NCBI GenBank assembly: GCA_963715335.1
Contig: CAVQRZ010000026.1
Coordinates: forward strand, 32,001-96,000
From: an uncultured delta proteobacterium
Lineage (GTDB): Bacteria; Desulfobacterota; Desulfuromonadia; Desulfuromonadales; BM103
Reading direction: 5' to 3'
Length of the DNA: 64,000 nt
Shown here: piece by piece, positions 40,625 through 51,514 of the stretch
Position numbering within the stretch: position 1 is the stretch's first letter
How the letters are laid out: each line of letters opens with the position of its first letter
Notes under the pieces: generated by a model
Databases searched by the model: none
What the model saw: the letters and a program-made list of their open reading frames with translations, nothing else
Told to the model about the DNA's origin: nothing
Made by a program: the position numbers and the translations under genes

Positions 40625-43234
40625 ATGGCAAAAACCACGCCCATGATGCAGCAGTACCTGGAGATCAAGTCCGAATATCCGGATGCGATTCTCTTCTTTC
40701 GTCTCGGTGATTTCTATGAAATGTTCATGGAAGATGCTGTGGTCGCGGCACGCGTTCTCGATATTACCCTGACGTCGCGAAACAAGGGTGCTGCAGAGGA
40801 AATCCCGCTTTGCGGAGTTCCTTTCCACAGTTGTCAGCCCTATGTCTCCAAACTGGTTCAGAACGGTTACAAGGTTGCTATCTGTGAGCAGGTGGAAGAC
40901 CCCAAGCAGGCCCAGGGGATTGTCAAACGCGCCGTCGTCAGGGTTGTAACCCCCGGCCTGGTCGTTGATACCGACACGCTCGATCCGCGCCGCAACAATT
41001 ACCTCATGGCCTTGCTCCCGGTTCAGAACGGTGGCTTCGGCATCTCCTGTGTCGACATCACTACCGGGGAATTCCGCGTAACCGAACTGCTCGATCCTGA
41101 AAGTACGGCAGGGGAAATCATTTCCCGTGATCCGGCAGAAGTGTTGATGCTCGATGGCGAGACTGGCGACAGTCTTGCCAAGCTTCTGCAAGGCTCACTG
41201 CAAGGGCGCAACATAAATCGTCTGCCTGAATGGGCCGCGGCTGAGGACCGCGCACGGCAGAGGCTGCTCGAGTCCTTCCCGGGTAACTCCATGGAAAGTT
41301 TTGGCTGCCATGATATGCCTGCAGCTGTAAGGGCTGCCGGGATGATTCTGCACTACCTGGAAGAGACCCAGAAATGTTCGGTCTCCCACCTCCAGCCTCT
41401 GCGCACCTACCATGTTCGCGATCACATGGTTCTCGATGATTTTACGCGGCGCAACCTGGAACTGACAGAAACCCTGCACGACGGTGGCCGTCGCGGTTCG
41501 TTGCTGGGGGTCATGGATCGCACCGTAACGGCCATGGGCGCACGTAAGCTGCGGCATTGGATCACACATCCCCTGGTCGATCGGCAACGCATAGAAGAGC
41601 GGCATGTCGCTGTTGAAGAGCTGGTCAGGGAAAGTCTTTGCCGGGATGATCTGCGCCGCGCTCTTGACGAGGTCTACGATCTCGAGCGACTCAACGGGCG
41701 GATCGCCATGGCAACCGGCAATGCCAAGGATTTGGCCGCATTGCGGATTTCACTGGAGAAGCTGCCACAAATCCTTGATCTGCTTGGCCAACTCGACAGT
41801 CCCATGCTGGTCGGTTTGAGTAACGCCCTGGATACGCTGCCAGACATGGTCGCTTTAATCTCGAGTGCCATTGTCGACGATCCGCCTTTCGTTTTGCGTG
41901 AAGGGGGCCTGATCCGGGAGGGCTACCATGCCGAGCTCGATGAGCTGCGCGGCATCAGCCGCGAAGGCAAGGGCTGGATCGCCCGCCTTGAACAGGAAGA
42001 GAAGGAAAAGACCGGCATCTCGAATCTCAAGGTTCGCTACAACAGGGTCTTCGGTTACTACATCGAGGTGACCAGGTCTCAGCTGGATCGTGTGCCGGAG
42101 GATTACCAGCGCAAGCAAACCCTGGCCAATGCGGAGCGCTACATAACCCCGACTCTCAAGGAGTACGAGGAAAAAGTCTTGGGCGCCGAAGACCGGGTCG
42201 TGGAGATCGAATATGACCTCTTCCAGCAGGTCAGGCGACAGGTGGCGAAACAGGGCCAGCGCATTCAGGCCACGGCCGACAAGGTTGCGACCCTGGACGT
42301 TTTGCTTGGCCTGGCAGATCTGTCCCATGAGCGAAATTACTGCCGCCCCGAGATCGACGAATCTACCGAACTGCTGATCGAAGACGGGCGGCACCCGGTT
42401 ATCGAGACGATGAATCTGGGTGAACGGTTTGTCGCCAACGATGTCCACATGGACACGGAAGAAAGGCAGATCCTGATTATTACCGGCCCCAACATGGCCG
42501 GCAAATCTACCTTCATGCGCCAGGTTGCACTCCTGGTCCTGATGGCGCAGATGGGCAGCCTGGTGCCTGCAAAAAAGGCCCGTATCGGTATTGTCGATCG
42601 AATTTTCACCAGGGTCGGAGCAAGTGATAACCTGGCCCGCGGCCAATCGACTTTCATGGTCGAAATGACAGAGGCGGCCAATATCCTCAATCACGCCACC
42701 CCACGCAGCCTGATCGTGCTGGATGAAATAGGCCGTGGGACTTCCACGTTCGATGGGGTCAGTATCGCCTGGGCAGTGGCTGAGTATTTACACGACAATC
42801 CGAAGGTTGCGGCCAAGACACTTTTTGCAACTCATTACCACGAACTGACCGACCTGGCACTAACCCGTGAACGGGTGAAAAACTACAACGTCGCCGTCAA
42901 GGAATGGGATGACCAGATCATTTTCCTCCGGCGCATCGTCAAGGGCGGGGCCAGCCATTCCTACGGCATCCAGGTCGCTCGCCTGGCAGGCTTGCCGACA
43001 GACGTTATCAACAGGGCCAAAGAAGTACTGCATAACCTCGAGTCGGGGGAATATGTAGCCGGGACACCACGACTGGCTCGCAGCAGGCAGAACGGTAACG
43101 CGGTTGTGGCTCCGCAACTGGGACTTTTTGAGCAGCCTGACAAGGTCAGGGCAAAACTTGACGAAATAGATGTTTCGGTCCTGACTCCGCTTGAGGCGCT
43201 AAACCTTCTCGATGAACTAAAGAAGATGCTATGA
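40625..43234 (+). CDS. mutS: DNA mismatch repair protein MutS
   Basis: [42 protein letters not shown]. Confidence 0.98.
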   Translation: MAKTTPMMQQYLEIKSEYPDAILFFRLGDFYEMFMEDAVVAARVLDITLTSRNKGAAEEIPLCGVPFHSCQPYVSKLVQNGYKVAICEQVEDPKQAQGIVKRAVVRVVTPGLVVDTDTLDPRRNNYLMALLPVQNGGFGISCVDITTGEFRVTELLDPESTAGEIISRDPAEVLMLDGETGDSLAKLLQGSLQGRNINRLPEWAAAEDRARQRLLESFPGNSMESFGCHDMPAAVRAAGMILHYLEETQKCSVSHLQPLRTYHVRDHMVLDDFTRRNLELTETLHDGGRRGSLLGVMDRTVTAMGARKLRHWITHPLVDRQRIEERHVAVEELVRESLCRDDLRRALDEVYDLERLNGRIAMATGNAKDLAALRISLEKLPQILDLLGQLDSPMLVGLSNALDTLPDMVALISSAIVDDPPFVLREGGLIREGYHAELDELRGISREGKGWIARLEQEEKEKTGISNLKVRYNRVFGYYIEVTRSQLDRVPEDYQRKQTLANAERYITPTLKEYEEKVLGAEDRVVEIEYDLFQQVRRQVAKQGQRIQATADKVATLDVLLGLADLSHERNYCRPEIDESTELLIEDGRHPVIETMNLGERFVANDVHMDTEERQILIITGPNMAGKSTFMRQVALLVLMAQMGSLVPAKKARIGIVDRIFTRVGASDNLARGQSTFMVEMTEAANILNHATPRSLIVLDEIGRGTSTFDGVSIAWAVAEYLHDNPKVAAKTLFATHYHELTDLALTRERVKNYNVAVKEWDDQIIFLRRIVKGGASHSYGIQVARLAGLPTDVINRAKEVLHNLESGEYVAGTPRLARSRQNGNAVVAPQLGLFEQPDKVRAKLDEIDVSVLTPLEALNLLDELKKML

Positions 43235-44991
43235 ACAAAATGATTCGTTCGATCATATGCATAATGACCCTGGCCAGCCTGATGGTTCCGGCCGCCGCCC
43301 TGGGCGAGAGTGCCGAGCAGGCTTACCAGAAGGCCCGTGACGCCTACTATTCATTGCAGAACTCTGCGCGCAAGCAGATGTATCGCGAGCAGTGGGAGCA
43401 GGTGTTTGACCGTTTCAGGGCGGTTTATGAGCGTTACCCGGAAACCAGTCGTGGTCCGGACGCCTTGTACATGTGCGGCAAGACCACTGCAGGGCTGTAC
43501 GGGATCAGTCGCATCAAGCCGGATGCCGAGCGTGCTGTCGAACTTTTCGAAGAGATGGCAGACATTTATCCGGACAACTCCCTGGCAGATGACGCCCTCC
43601 TGCATGCTGGAGAAATACTCGAAGAAGTCCTGGGTGACAGGCATAGGGCCTATCTTGTTTACCAGAGGCTGGTCAGTGCCTTGCCGAATGGTGATATGCG
43701 CAGCAAAGCCAGTGCAAGACTCAAAGCTCTTGCCGGGTATGCCCCCGCGCCGAAACCGGTGCCTGCCGAAAAGAACCTTGCCAGGAAAGAGGTTCCGGCT
43801 CCTCCCGACAGTGCTGTATCACAAAGTGCCCCCGGCGGCCAATTGACATCGATTCGTTACTGGTCCAACCCGGGATATACGCGGATTGTCATCGATGTGT
43901 CCGGTGAGGCGAAATTCTCCACAAACTATCTTGCTGCAGAACCGGCCAATAACATTCCGCCGCGTCTTTATGTCGATCTTGAAAAGACCGGTCTGGACGA
44001 TACCTTGCCGGAAACGACGATTGTCGACGACGGCCTTCTCAGCCGTATCCGCACCGGAAAACCACAGGGTGACACGGTAAGGGTTGTGCTTGACCTGCAT
44101 AGTGTCAGCGACTACAAGGTGTTTCCGTTAAATGACCCATGGCGTATCGTTATTGATGTGGCGGGCGACAAATCGCCTGAATTGAAACGTGACGAGCCGT
44201 CGATCAGCGCCTTGCCCGAGTCCGCCCACGATGACATCGCCACGGTGCTCAAGGAAACACCTAGCCCGCCCGCCTTGCATATTCGGGGAACCTCCGCGAC
44301 CACGACACTGCGCAGGATTGTGGTCGATGCCGGCCACGGAGGCAAGGACCCTGGAGCTGTCGGTCCAACTGGTGTCCTGGAGAAGGACGTCACACTCAAA
44401 CTGGCGAAGGAGTTGTCAAAAGAGCTGGCCAGTCAGATTGGCTGTGAAGTCATTCTGACCCGCAGTCACGACGTCTACCTGCCTCTCGAAGAAAGGACTG
44501 CGATCGCCAACAAGGTCGGTGCCGACCTGTTCATTTCATTGCACGCCAACGCTAACAAGAGCCGCACGGCGTATGGCATCGAAACCTATTACCTCAACTT
44601 CTCCAAAAATGACAAGGCGGCGGCGGTTGCGGCGCGCGAGAATGGCACCTCACTCAAGCAGGTGTCTGATCTGGAGTTGATTCTGTTCGACCTGATGGCC
44701 AACGCCAAGATTAATGAGTCAAGCCGTCTGGCGGCAGAAATCCAGAAGAGCCTGGTGTATCGCATCAGCAAGAAATACAGCAATGTCCGCGACCTTGGAG
44801 TGAGACAGGGTCCGTTCTATGTCCTGCTCGGTGCGACGATGCCCTCCGTGCTCATTGAAACAGCTTTTATCAGCCATCCGCGCGAAGAAAAACGCCTGGT
44901 CAGCAGTGCCTACCAAAAATCCGCAGCGCAGGCGATTGCCTCTGCCATCAAGGAATATGCTGTCAGCAACAAGCTGATAGCGTCTCGATAA
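43231..44991 (+). CDS. N-acetylmuramoyl-L-alanine amidase with signal peptide, TPR-like and AMIN domains
   Basis: [36 protein letters not shown]-like TRIVID/RVVLDL. Confidence 0.9.
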   Translation: MNKMIRSIICIMTLASLMVPAAALGESAEQAYQKARDAYYSLQNSARKQMYREQWEQVFDRFRAVYERYPETSRGPDALYMCGKTTAGLYGISRIKPDAERAVELFEEMADIYPDNSLADDALLHAGEILEEVLGDRHRAYLVYQRLVSALPNGDMRSKASARLKALAGYAPAPKPVPAEKNLARKEVPAPPDSAVSQSAPGGQLTSIRYWSNPGYTRIVIDVSGEAKFSTNYLAAEPANNIPPRLYVDLEKTGLDDTLPETTIVDDGLLSRIRTGKPQGDTVRVVLDLHSVSDYKVFPLNDPWRIVIDVAGDKSPELKRDEPSISALPESAHDDIATVLKETPSPPALHIRGTSATTTLRRIVVDAGHGGKDPGAVGPTGVLEKDVTLKLAKELSKELASQIGCEVILTRSHDVYLPLEERTAIANKVGADLFISLHANANKSRTAYGIETYYLNFSKNDKAAAVAARENGTSLKQVSDLELILFDLMANAKINESSRLAAEIQKSLVYRISKKYSNVRDLGVRQGPFYVLLGATMPSVLIETAFISHPREEKRLVSSAYQKSAAQAIASAIKEYAVSNKLIASR

Positions 44992-44993
44992 AT

Positions 44994-47688
44994 ATGGAAA
45001 AGCAGCAAACCCCGCCCGATTTCTTTGCCACTGAACTGATGGTGGCCGGTGATGTCTCATTCGCAGAGAGGCGTACCTCCCTGCTTGAAGCAGCGCGTGG
45101 CCACATCAATTGTCATCGTAATCTTTGTCAGGAGTTGCACAGCGCAGGTGGCAGCGGCCGCGAGGTGGTCGCATGCATTACCGCCATGGCCGACCAGCTG
45201 GTCCGCAATCTGTACCATTGTGCCTCGGCAGAATTTCCGACTTCCGGCAAGGTCTGTTCCGCTGTTATCGCCCTCGGCGGATACGGGCGTGCGGAGCTGA
45301 ACCCGTTTTCCGATATCGATGTCATGTTCTACTGCAGCGACCAGAACAAGGATCTGGCGGAAAAGATTGCCGAGCGGGTCCTCTACCTGCTTTGGGATCT
45401 GAACCTGGACGTCGGTTACAGTGTCCGTACGGCATCCGACTGCCTGTCTCTGGTCCATCAAGATATTACGATCCGCACCGCTCTCATGGACACGCGCTTT
45501 CTGGCTGGTGACGAGGCCCTTTACCACGAGTTCGAAAAGCAGGTTTCGCAGCCTGTTTTAAACCGCAACGGCCAGAGTTTTCTTAAAGCCAAATATGATG
45601 AGCACAAGACCCGTCTGGCCAAATACGGCTCCACGGTTTACATGCTTGAGCCGAACCTCAAGGAAGGAGAGGGCGGCCTGCGCGACCTGCACACTGCGGT
45701 ATGGATGGCACGTGTGAAATTCAAGGCGAAAAACCTGCGTGAGCTGCTGATAAAAGGCGTGATTTCTGACCAGGAACTGCAGGAGTTTGAAGATGCTTAC
45801 GACTATCTCTGGCGGATTCGCAATGAATTGCATTTTCAAGCAAAACGTAAGACCGATCAGATCCAGTTCGAGGCACAGGAAAAAATCGCCGCAAGTTTCG
45901 GCTATGCAGGCACCAAGGCCGCACTCCCTGTCGAGCTTTTCATGCAGGATTATTATGCTCATGCCACCCGTACGGAGCATTTGGCCTCAACCCTGATCTT
46001 TCGTGCATTCAAGGATAAGGACCCGTCTACCGGCATCCTCGGGCGCCTGGGCCGGCGCAATCTCGGCGCTGACTTCTTCAGTTATCGCGGCGAGTTGAAA
46101 ACCTCACGCAAAAAACTGTTTGCCGAGCGTCCCGAAGCGATGATGCAGGCGTTCCTGCTTGCCAAGCAGAACAGTCTGGCCCTCAGCGCTGAAGTCAAAG
46201 GCCAGATTCGCGACAACCTCTCGCTGGTCAATGACAGCTTTCGCCGCAACCGGGAAGTCTCCGAAATGTTCCTCGAGATTATGCGCGGGCCCACGGGTGC
46301 AGCACGCTCTCTAAGAGACATGCACCACCTTGCCTTCCTGAACAGGTATATTCCTGAATTCAAACGGATTTACTGCAAAGTACAGCACGATGCCTATCAC
46401 GTTTACACGATTGATATCCATTCGTTCTTTGCCGTCGAGGAGATTGAAAAGCTCTGGTCAGGCGTATACCGGGAATCTAAGCCTCTGTATACCAGCGTTG
46501 CGGCAGATATCGGCAAACCTGAGCTGCTCGTGTTGGCCGTTCTCTTTCATGATATCGGCAAAGGCGAGGGGAAAGACCACTCCAACAAGGGCGCGGACAT
46601 GATGCCCAAAATCGCCCGCCGGCTGAACCTGTCGAAAGAGGACAGCAGTCGCCTGGAATTCCTGGTCCGCAATCATCTGGACATGGCCCATATTTCGCAG
46701 CGCCGTGATCTCCATGATATCAAGCTGATTCAGGATTTTGCCAACAAGATGGCGATGGTTGAGAATCTGAAGATGCTTTTTCTCCTGACGTTTGCTGACA
46801 TCAAGGCGGTTGGTCCCGATGTCTGGTCGGAATGGAAGGGGCTCCTCCTTCAGGAGCTTTACGAAAACACCTATGAAACCATGGAGCGCGGCAATTTCAT
46901 GAGCGAGTTGCGCACTGAGCGTGTCCGTAACCGCAAGCGCAAGGTCATGGACGCCCTCAAGGGTGATTTTGAAGAAAAAGTGATCAAAAATCATCTGCGT
47001 GCAATGAGCACCAGGTATCTTCTTACGCACCGCTCATGGGAAGTGCTCGATCACCTAAAGCTGGAGCTGTCCCGTGGTGATGACGCTGTCGCGATCCAGG
47101 TCAAACACGATGTCGAAGCCGAGTACAGCAGCGTAACCATATCTACGGTCGATGTGCCGGGTCTCTTCAGCATGATTACAGGGGTTATGGCGGCAAACGG
47201 CATTAACATTCTCGGTGCGCAGATTTACACGCGCAGCAACGGAGCCGCCCTGGATATCCTGCATGTTAACAAGTCTGTTGGCGGAGTTATTGACAGCCCA
47301 ACGCAAATGGCAGAAGGTGCAGTCAGACTTGACTTCAGTACTGGAGGGTCGCGTCAAGGTCTCCAGTCTGGTCAAGAAGCGCCAGAAATCCAACACCCTG
47401 CCCGGCCACAAAATGCCCCGTTACCCGAACCGGGTGGAATTTGACTGTGATGTTTCCAGGGCGCACACGGTTATCGACATTTTCGCCCATGACAAGGTTG
47501 GGTTGCTCTACAAAATCACCCGGACATTAACTGATCTGGGGCTCTACATTTATGTTGCCAAGATTTCCACCAAGGTGGACCAGGTAGCTGACACCTTCTA
47601 TGTAAAAGACATCTTCGGCCAGCCGATCAACAATGAAACCAAACGGGAGGAGCTCCGTAAGGCCCTCCTTGAGTGCATGGAAGAATAG
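44994..47688 (+). pseudogene. glnD: PII uridylyltransferase GlnD with a +1 frameshift near 47300 (real or sequencing error)
   Basis: GGYGRAEL-NPFSDID, HD domain FHDIGKG, ACT1 DVPGLF; GlnD-like sequence continues in the 47215..47688 frame (HDKVGLLYKI, AKISTKVDQVADTFYV). Confidence 0.85.
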
Positions 47689-47703
47689 CTATTAAAGGCA
47701 CTT

Positions 47704-48591
47704 ATGAATCATTACCTCGACTATTACCTGAACTATCTTGCCGTTGAGCGTGGCTTGTCCAAGAACACTCTTGATGCATATGGCCATGATCTGGCGCGCT
47801 ACCTGGAATACCTCGAGAGTGAAAAAGTTGACTGCCTGGAAAAAATAACCCCGGCTGTGGTACTGCGTTTCCTCGGGTCCCTGAAAGAGGGCGGCCTGTC
47901 TGCCAGAAGCAGGGCCCGGTCTCTTGCGGCACTGAGGACTTTTCACAAGTTTTTGATCCGGGAAAAGCTCGCCAAAGACAATCCGACCGACCAGATCGTG
48001 TCGCCCAGAAGTCTCGTCTCACTACCCAAGACCCTTTCGACTGCCGATGTAGAAAGCCTTCTGTCCAGCCCGAAGGGTGAAACTCCACTCGCTCTGCGCG
48101 ATCGCGCTATGCTGGAAATTATTTATGCGACGGGTTTGCGTGTTTCTGAGCTGGTTTCATTAAAGCTCGGGGATCTGCAGCTCGATGTCGGTTACCTGAC
48201 GGCATTCGGCAAACGCAGTAAACAGCGGATCGTTCCGCTTGGTGAAGCGGCCATAGAGGTGTTGCGGCAATATATGCAGGATGGCCGCCCCAGCCTCGAC
48301 AAGCAACGCGGCTCTCAACGTCTGTTCCTCAATCGTTCCGGGGAAGGCTTGACACGTCAGGGCTTCTGGAAGATTATTAAGCGCCGCGCGCTTGAGGCCG
48401 GCATCAGACAAAGTATTACACCGCATACCATGCGGCATTCCTTTGCCACTCACCTGTTGGATAATGGTGCGGATTTGCGCTCCGTGCAGGCAATGCTCGG
48501 CCATGCGGACATTTCAACAACCCAGATTTACACCCATGTCACTCGCGAAAGATTGCGGCAGCTGCACGCTCAGCACCACCCGAGGGGATAG
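47704..48591 (+). CDS. xerD: Tyrosine recombinase XerD
   Basis: ERGLSKNT, RDRAMLE-YATGLRVSEL, LTRQGFW, HTMRHSFATH, LGHADISTTQIYTHV. Confidence 0.94.
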   Translation: MNHYLDYYLNYLAVERGLSKNTLDAYGHDLARYLEYLESEKVDCLEKITPAVVLRFLGSLKEGGLSARSRARSLAALRTFHKFLIREKLAKDNPTDQIVSPRSLVSLPKTLSTADVESLLSSPKGETPLALRDRAMLEIIYATGLRVSELVSLKLGDLQLDVGYLTAFGKRSKQRIVPLGEAAIEVLRQYMQDGRPSLDKQRGSQRLFLNRSGEGLTRQGFWKIIKRRALEAGIRQSITPHTMRHSFATHLLDNGADLRSVQAMLGHADISTTQIYTHVTRERLRQLHAQHHPRG

Positions 48592-48622
48592 GGCCACGCG
48601 AGACGCGAACTGCGAAGCGCGA
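48592..48622 (+). repeat. Solo 7-bp-periodic arm after the xerD stop
   Basis: gccacgc-gagacgc-gaactgc-gaagcgc-ga, same family as elements A-C. Confidence 0.65.
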
Positions 48623-48675
48623 CCAATACATACTGACAACTTTTAACATTTCACTTTTTAATTTTTCGGGTACTT

Positions 48676-49887
48676 ATGAAACTCATTACTTTGCTTGGCG
48701 ACGGTATGTCCGATGAACCTGTCGCGGAACTTGACGGTAAAACTCCTTTGCAGGCGGCCGAAACACCCAATATGGATAGACTCGCCAGGGAGGGGATTAT
48801 CGGCCTGGCCGAGACTGTCCCAGCCGCCTTTCATCCTGGGTCTGATGTGGCGAACCTCTCAGTCTTCGGCTATGATCCGGCGACCTGCTATACCGGCCGT
48901 TCGCCCCTGGAAGCAGCCAGTATGGGGGTCAAACTTGGCCCTGACGATGTAGCGTTCCGGCTCAATCTGGTGACCCTGAGCCTGCTTGGCGGTGATCTGT
49001 GCATGCAGGATTTTTCGGCAGGTCATATCTCCACGGGGGAAGCCCGTGAACTGATTCTCTGCCTGCAGGAGGAACTGGGCGATGACGAATTCCAGTTCTA
49101 TCCCGGTGTTTCGTATCGCCACCTGATGGTTTGGAAGGGCGGCCGTGTCGATATCAACATGCCTCCTCCTCATGACCTGACCGGACAGCGTGTAACTGAA
49201 CATATTCCACGCTCCGTTGAGGCCATGCCGCTGATGAATATTACCAATGCCGCACAAATGCTGTTCAAGCAGCACCCGGTCAATGTCAGACGCGAAACAG
49301 AGGGCAAACATGCCGCCAACTCGATCTGGCTCTGGGGGCAGGGACGGCGGCCGAAAATGCCGACCTTGAAAGACAAGTTCAACCTCAATGGCGCAGTGAT
49401 TTCTGCGGTTGACCTGATCAAGGGGATCGGCATCTACGCAGGGCTCGATGTTATTGTGGTGCCGGGTGCCACCGGTTATCTGGATACCAATTACAAAGGC
49501 AAGGCAGAAGCCGCCCTGGAAGCCCTGAAGAGTCGTGATTTTGTTTATCTGCACGTAGAAGCCCCTGACGAAGCCGCGCATAGTGGCAGCCTGACTGATA
49601 AAATTGAGGCAATCGAACGTTTTGACAAGGATGTGGTCGGAACGGTCATGGAAGGGATCAAAAGTCTCGGTGACTACCGGATTCTGCTGCTTCCCGATCA
49701 CCCCACCCCGGTCGCGAAAATGACCCATACCAAGGATCCGGTTCCTTTTGTCCTGTTCGGCTACGGGATTGCAAGTCCTGCAGATGCGGCGGATGAGTAC
49801 TCCGAAGCTGCTGCCGGGAAGTCGGGATTGCTTGTCAGCCCGGGACACCGGATCATGGATTTCCTGGTCAATGGCAAAATAATGTGA
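48676..49887 (+). CDS. Cofactor-independent phosphoglycerate mutase, ApgM (archaeal-type) family
   Basis: GDGMSD, PGSDVAN, TGRSPLEA, HVEAPDEAAH, PDHPTP. Confidence 0.88.
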   Translation: MKLITLLGDGMSDEPVAELDGKTPLQAAETPNMDRLAREGIIGLAETVPAAFHPGSDVANLSVFGYDPATCYTGRSPLEAASMGVKLGPDDVAFRLNLVTLSLLGGDLCMQDFSAGHISTGEARELILCLQEELGDDEFQFYPGVSYRHLMVWKGGRVDINMPPPHDLTGQRVTEHIPRSVEAMPLMNITNAAQMLFKQHPVNVRRETEGKHAANSIWLWGQGRRPKMPTLKDKFNLNGAVISAVDLIKGIGIYAGLDVIVVPGATGYLDTNYKGKAEAALEALKSRDFVYLHVEAPDEAAHSGSLTDKIEAIERFDKDVVGTVMEGIKSLGDYRILLLPDHPTPVAKMTHTKDPVPFVLFGYGIASPADAADEYSEAAAGKSGLLVSPGHRIMDFLVNGKIM

Positions 49888-50001
49888 GTGAAGGGCCCCT
49901 GCAAGGATAAGGGAAATAAACAAGCAAGCCTGAAATTTGCGACTTCGCCGAAACAGTCAGGTGGCAGGAAAACCGGGACTTGACTCTTTTCGAATAAGAT
50001 C

Positions 50002-50039
50002 AAAAAAAGCCGCAGTCCAGCGTGACTTCGGCTTTTTTT
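50002..50039. terminator. Symmetrical intrinsic terminator
   Basis: A7-gccgcagtc-cagcgt-gacttcggc-T7. Confidence 0.75.
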
Positions 50040-50084
50040 GATCTTGGTCTCTCTGTATCGAGAAAACAAGATGAATAAGCGCGT

Positions 50085-51263
50085 ATGAAATACCTGAATA
50101 CGACTCGCCCTGAATGGGGCGCTCTCAAGGTTATGGTCGGCGGCATTCTCGGTATGGTGGTTGCCATGGGAATCGGCCGATTTGTGTTTACGCCGATCCT
50201 GCCGTTGATGCAGCGAGACCTGGGCATGTCCAACAGCGTTGCCGGGTGGCTCGCCGGCCTTAATTACCTGGGCTATCTGTGTGGCGCAATCATGTGCTCG
50301 GTATCGCCCCGGCTGCTTCGTTCCAGGTTGATAACTGGCGGCTCTCTGCTCGTGAGTATTGCAACCACTCTGTTCATGGGCGCCACCATCAGCCCGCAGT
50401 GGTGGGGCCTGTTGCGTTTTGCCGGCGGCTTTGCGAGCGCCGTGTTGTTTATCGTGATCACTGCAGAGGTCGGGGAAACGCTAAGTCGGCGCGGTTATGG
50501 CCATTGGCTCGGCACCTTGTACGGCGGTATCGGGCTGGGGATTGCGCTGAGCGGCCTTGTTGTCCCGTTGCTGGATAGAATCGGTGGCTGGCATGGCGCC
50601 TGGTACGGCGCGGGTGTTCTGGCAGCCATTCTGGCGACCACAGGTGTTTTGCTCGGCCGCAGGCGAGAACTGGTCAAACCGATTACGATTGAAGAATCCG
50701 GTTTGCCGGTATCGTTGGCCAGAGTTCGGTTGTTGTCGGTTGGGTATTTCTTCGAGGGGCTCGGATATATCGTTACGGCTACATTTCTGGTCGCGATTAT
50801 CTCCTTGACGCCGGGGCTGGAAGGTTTCGCTCCCTACAGCTGGGTCGCGGTTGGTCTTGCTGCCGTCCCTTCGACAATTTTATGGCCCTATCTCGGTCGT
50901 CGTATCGGCAACAGGCAGGCCTTGCTATGCGCATATGCCTTGCAAGCGGCAGGTATTCTGGTCAGCATCGGTGCGGAATCGATTATTGCCGTGCTGTTTG
51001 CCGCCGTGTCTTTTGGCGGCACCTTCCTCGGAGTCGTTGCCCTGACCCTGACCGAGGGGAATCTTCGCCTGCCCGGAGATGGCCGCCGGGCCGCGGCTGT
51101 CCTGACCGCCAGTTTCGGCGTCGGCCAGACGCTCGGGCCGGTCTTTGCCGGAGTTCTTGCGGACATTCAGGAAGGGTTTGCCGTGCCTTTGATGCTGGCC
51201 TCTGGCTGCGTTGTTCTTGCCGGTCTTTGTGTTGTCCTGGACAGACAGTTCCATCGACAATAA
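50085..51263 (+). CDS. YbfB/YjiJ-family MFS transporter
   Basis: AMGIGRFVFTPILPLM, NYLGYL, about 12 hydrophobic segments. Confidence 0.88.
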   Translation: MKYLNTTRPEWGALKVMVGGILGMVVAMGIGRFVFTPILPLMQRDLGMSNSVAGWLAGLNYLGYLCGAIMCSVSPRLLRSRLITGGSLLVSIATTLFMGATISPQWWGLLRFAGGFASAVLFIVITAEVGETLSRRGYGHWLGTLYGGIGLGIALSGLVVPLLDRIGGWHGAWYGAGVLAAILATTGVLLGRRRELVKPITIEESGLPVSLARVRLLSVGYFFEGLGYIVTATFLVAIISLTPGLEGFAPYSWVAVGLAAVPSTILWPYLGRRIGNRQALLCAYALQAAGILVSIGAESIIAVLFAAVSFGGTFLGVVALTLTEGNLRLPGDGRRAAAVLTASFGVGQTLGPVFAGVLADIQEGFAVPLMLASGCVVLAGLCVVLDRQFHRQ

Positions 51264-51277
51264 GCGCAAGCGACCAC

Positions 51278-51511
51278 GCGGCGCTTTCTCTCCGGATTGG
51301 AATGCCGGACAAGGTAGACGCAATGGTTCTGTATGAACAGGTCAAGTTGCAATGGATTCCCATTGCCGCGGGACTAATTTTTTCTGTGGACGGCAGGTCC
51401 CGCAACTGCACACTATTGCATGCCGCCGGCGGGATGCCGGTTGAGGAAATTGCCCTCGAAACCCCCGATCGACTTGCTGCAAGCCAGCGGCTTGCCGGAA
51501 CGCATGGTTAG
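51278..51511 (+). pseudogene. Decayed C-terminal fragment of a MocR/GntR PLP-dependent regulator or aminotransferase
   Basis: LRIGMPDKVDAMVLYEQ ... IAAGLIFSVDGRSRNCTLL resembles the family pattern LWxELPxxVDxxxLYxxA ... IAPGxIFS ... YRNCxRL. Confidence 0.55.
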
Positions 51512-51514
51512 CCG

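Noticed and set aside
47290..47310. Programmed ribosomal frameshift in glnD
   Set aside because: No recognisable slippery run or stimulatory element; an error or recent mutation is more likely.
47704..48591. Tyrosine recombinase as a sign of a prophage or integrative element
   Set aside because: Typical housekeeping XerD within a core operon; no att repeats or mobile cargo seen.
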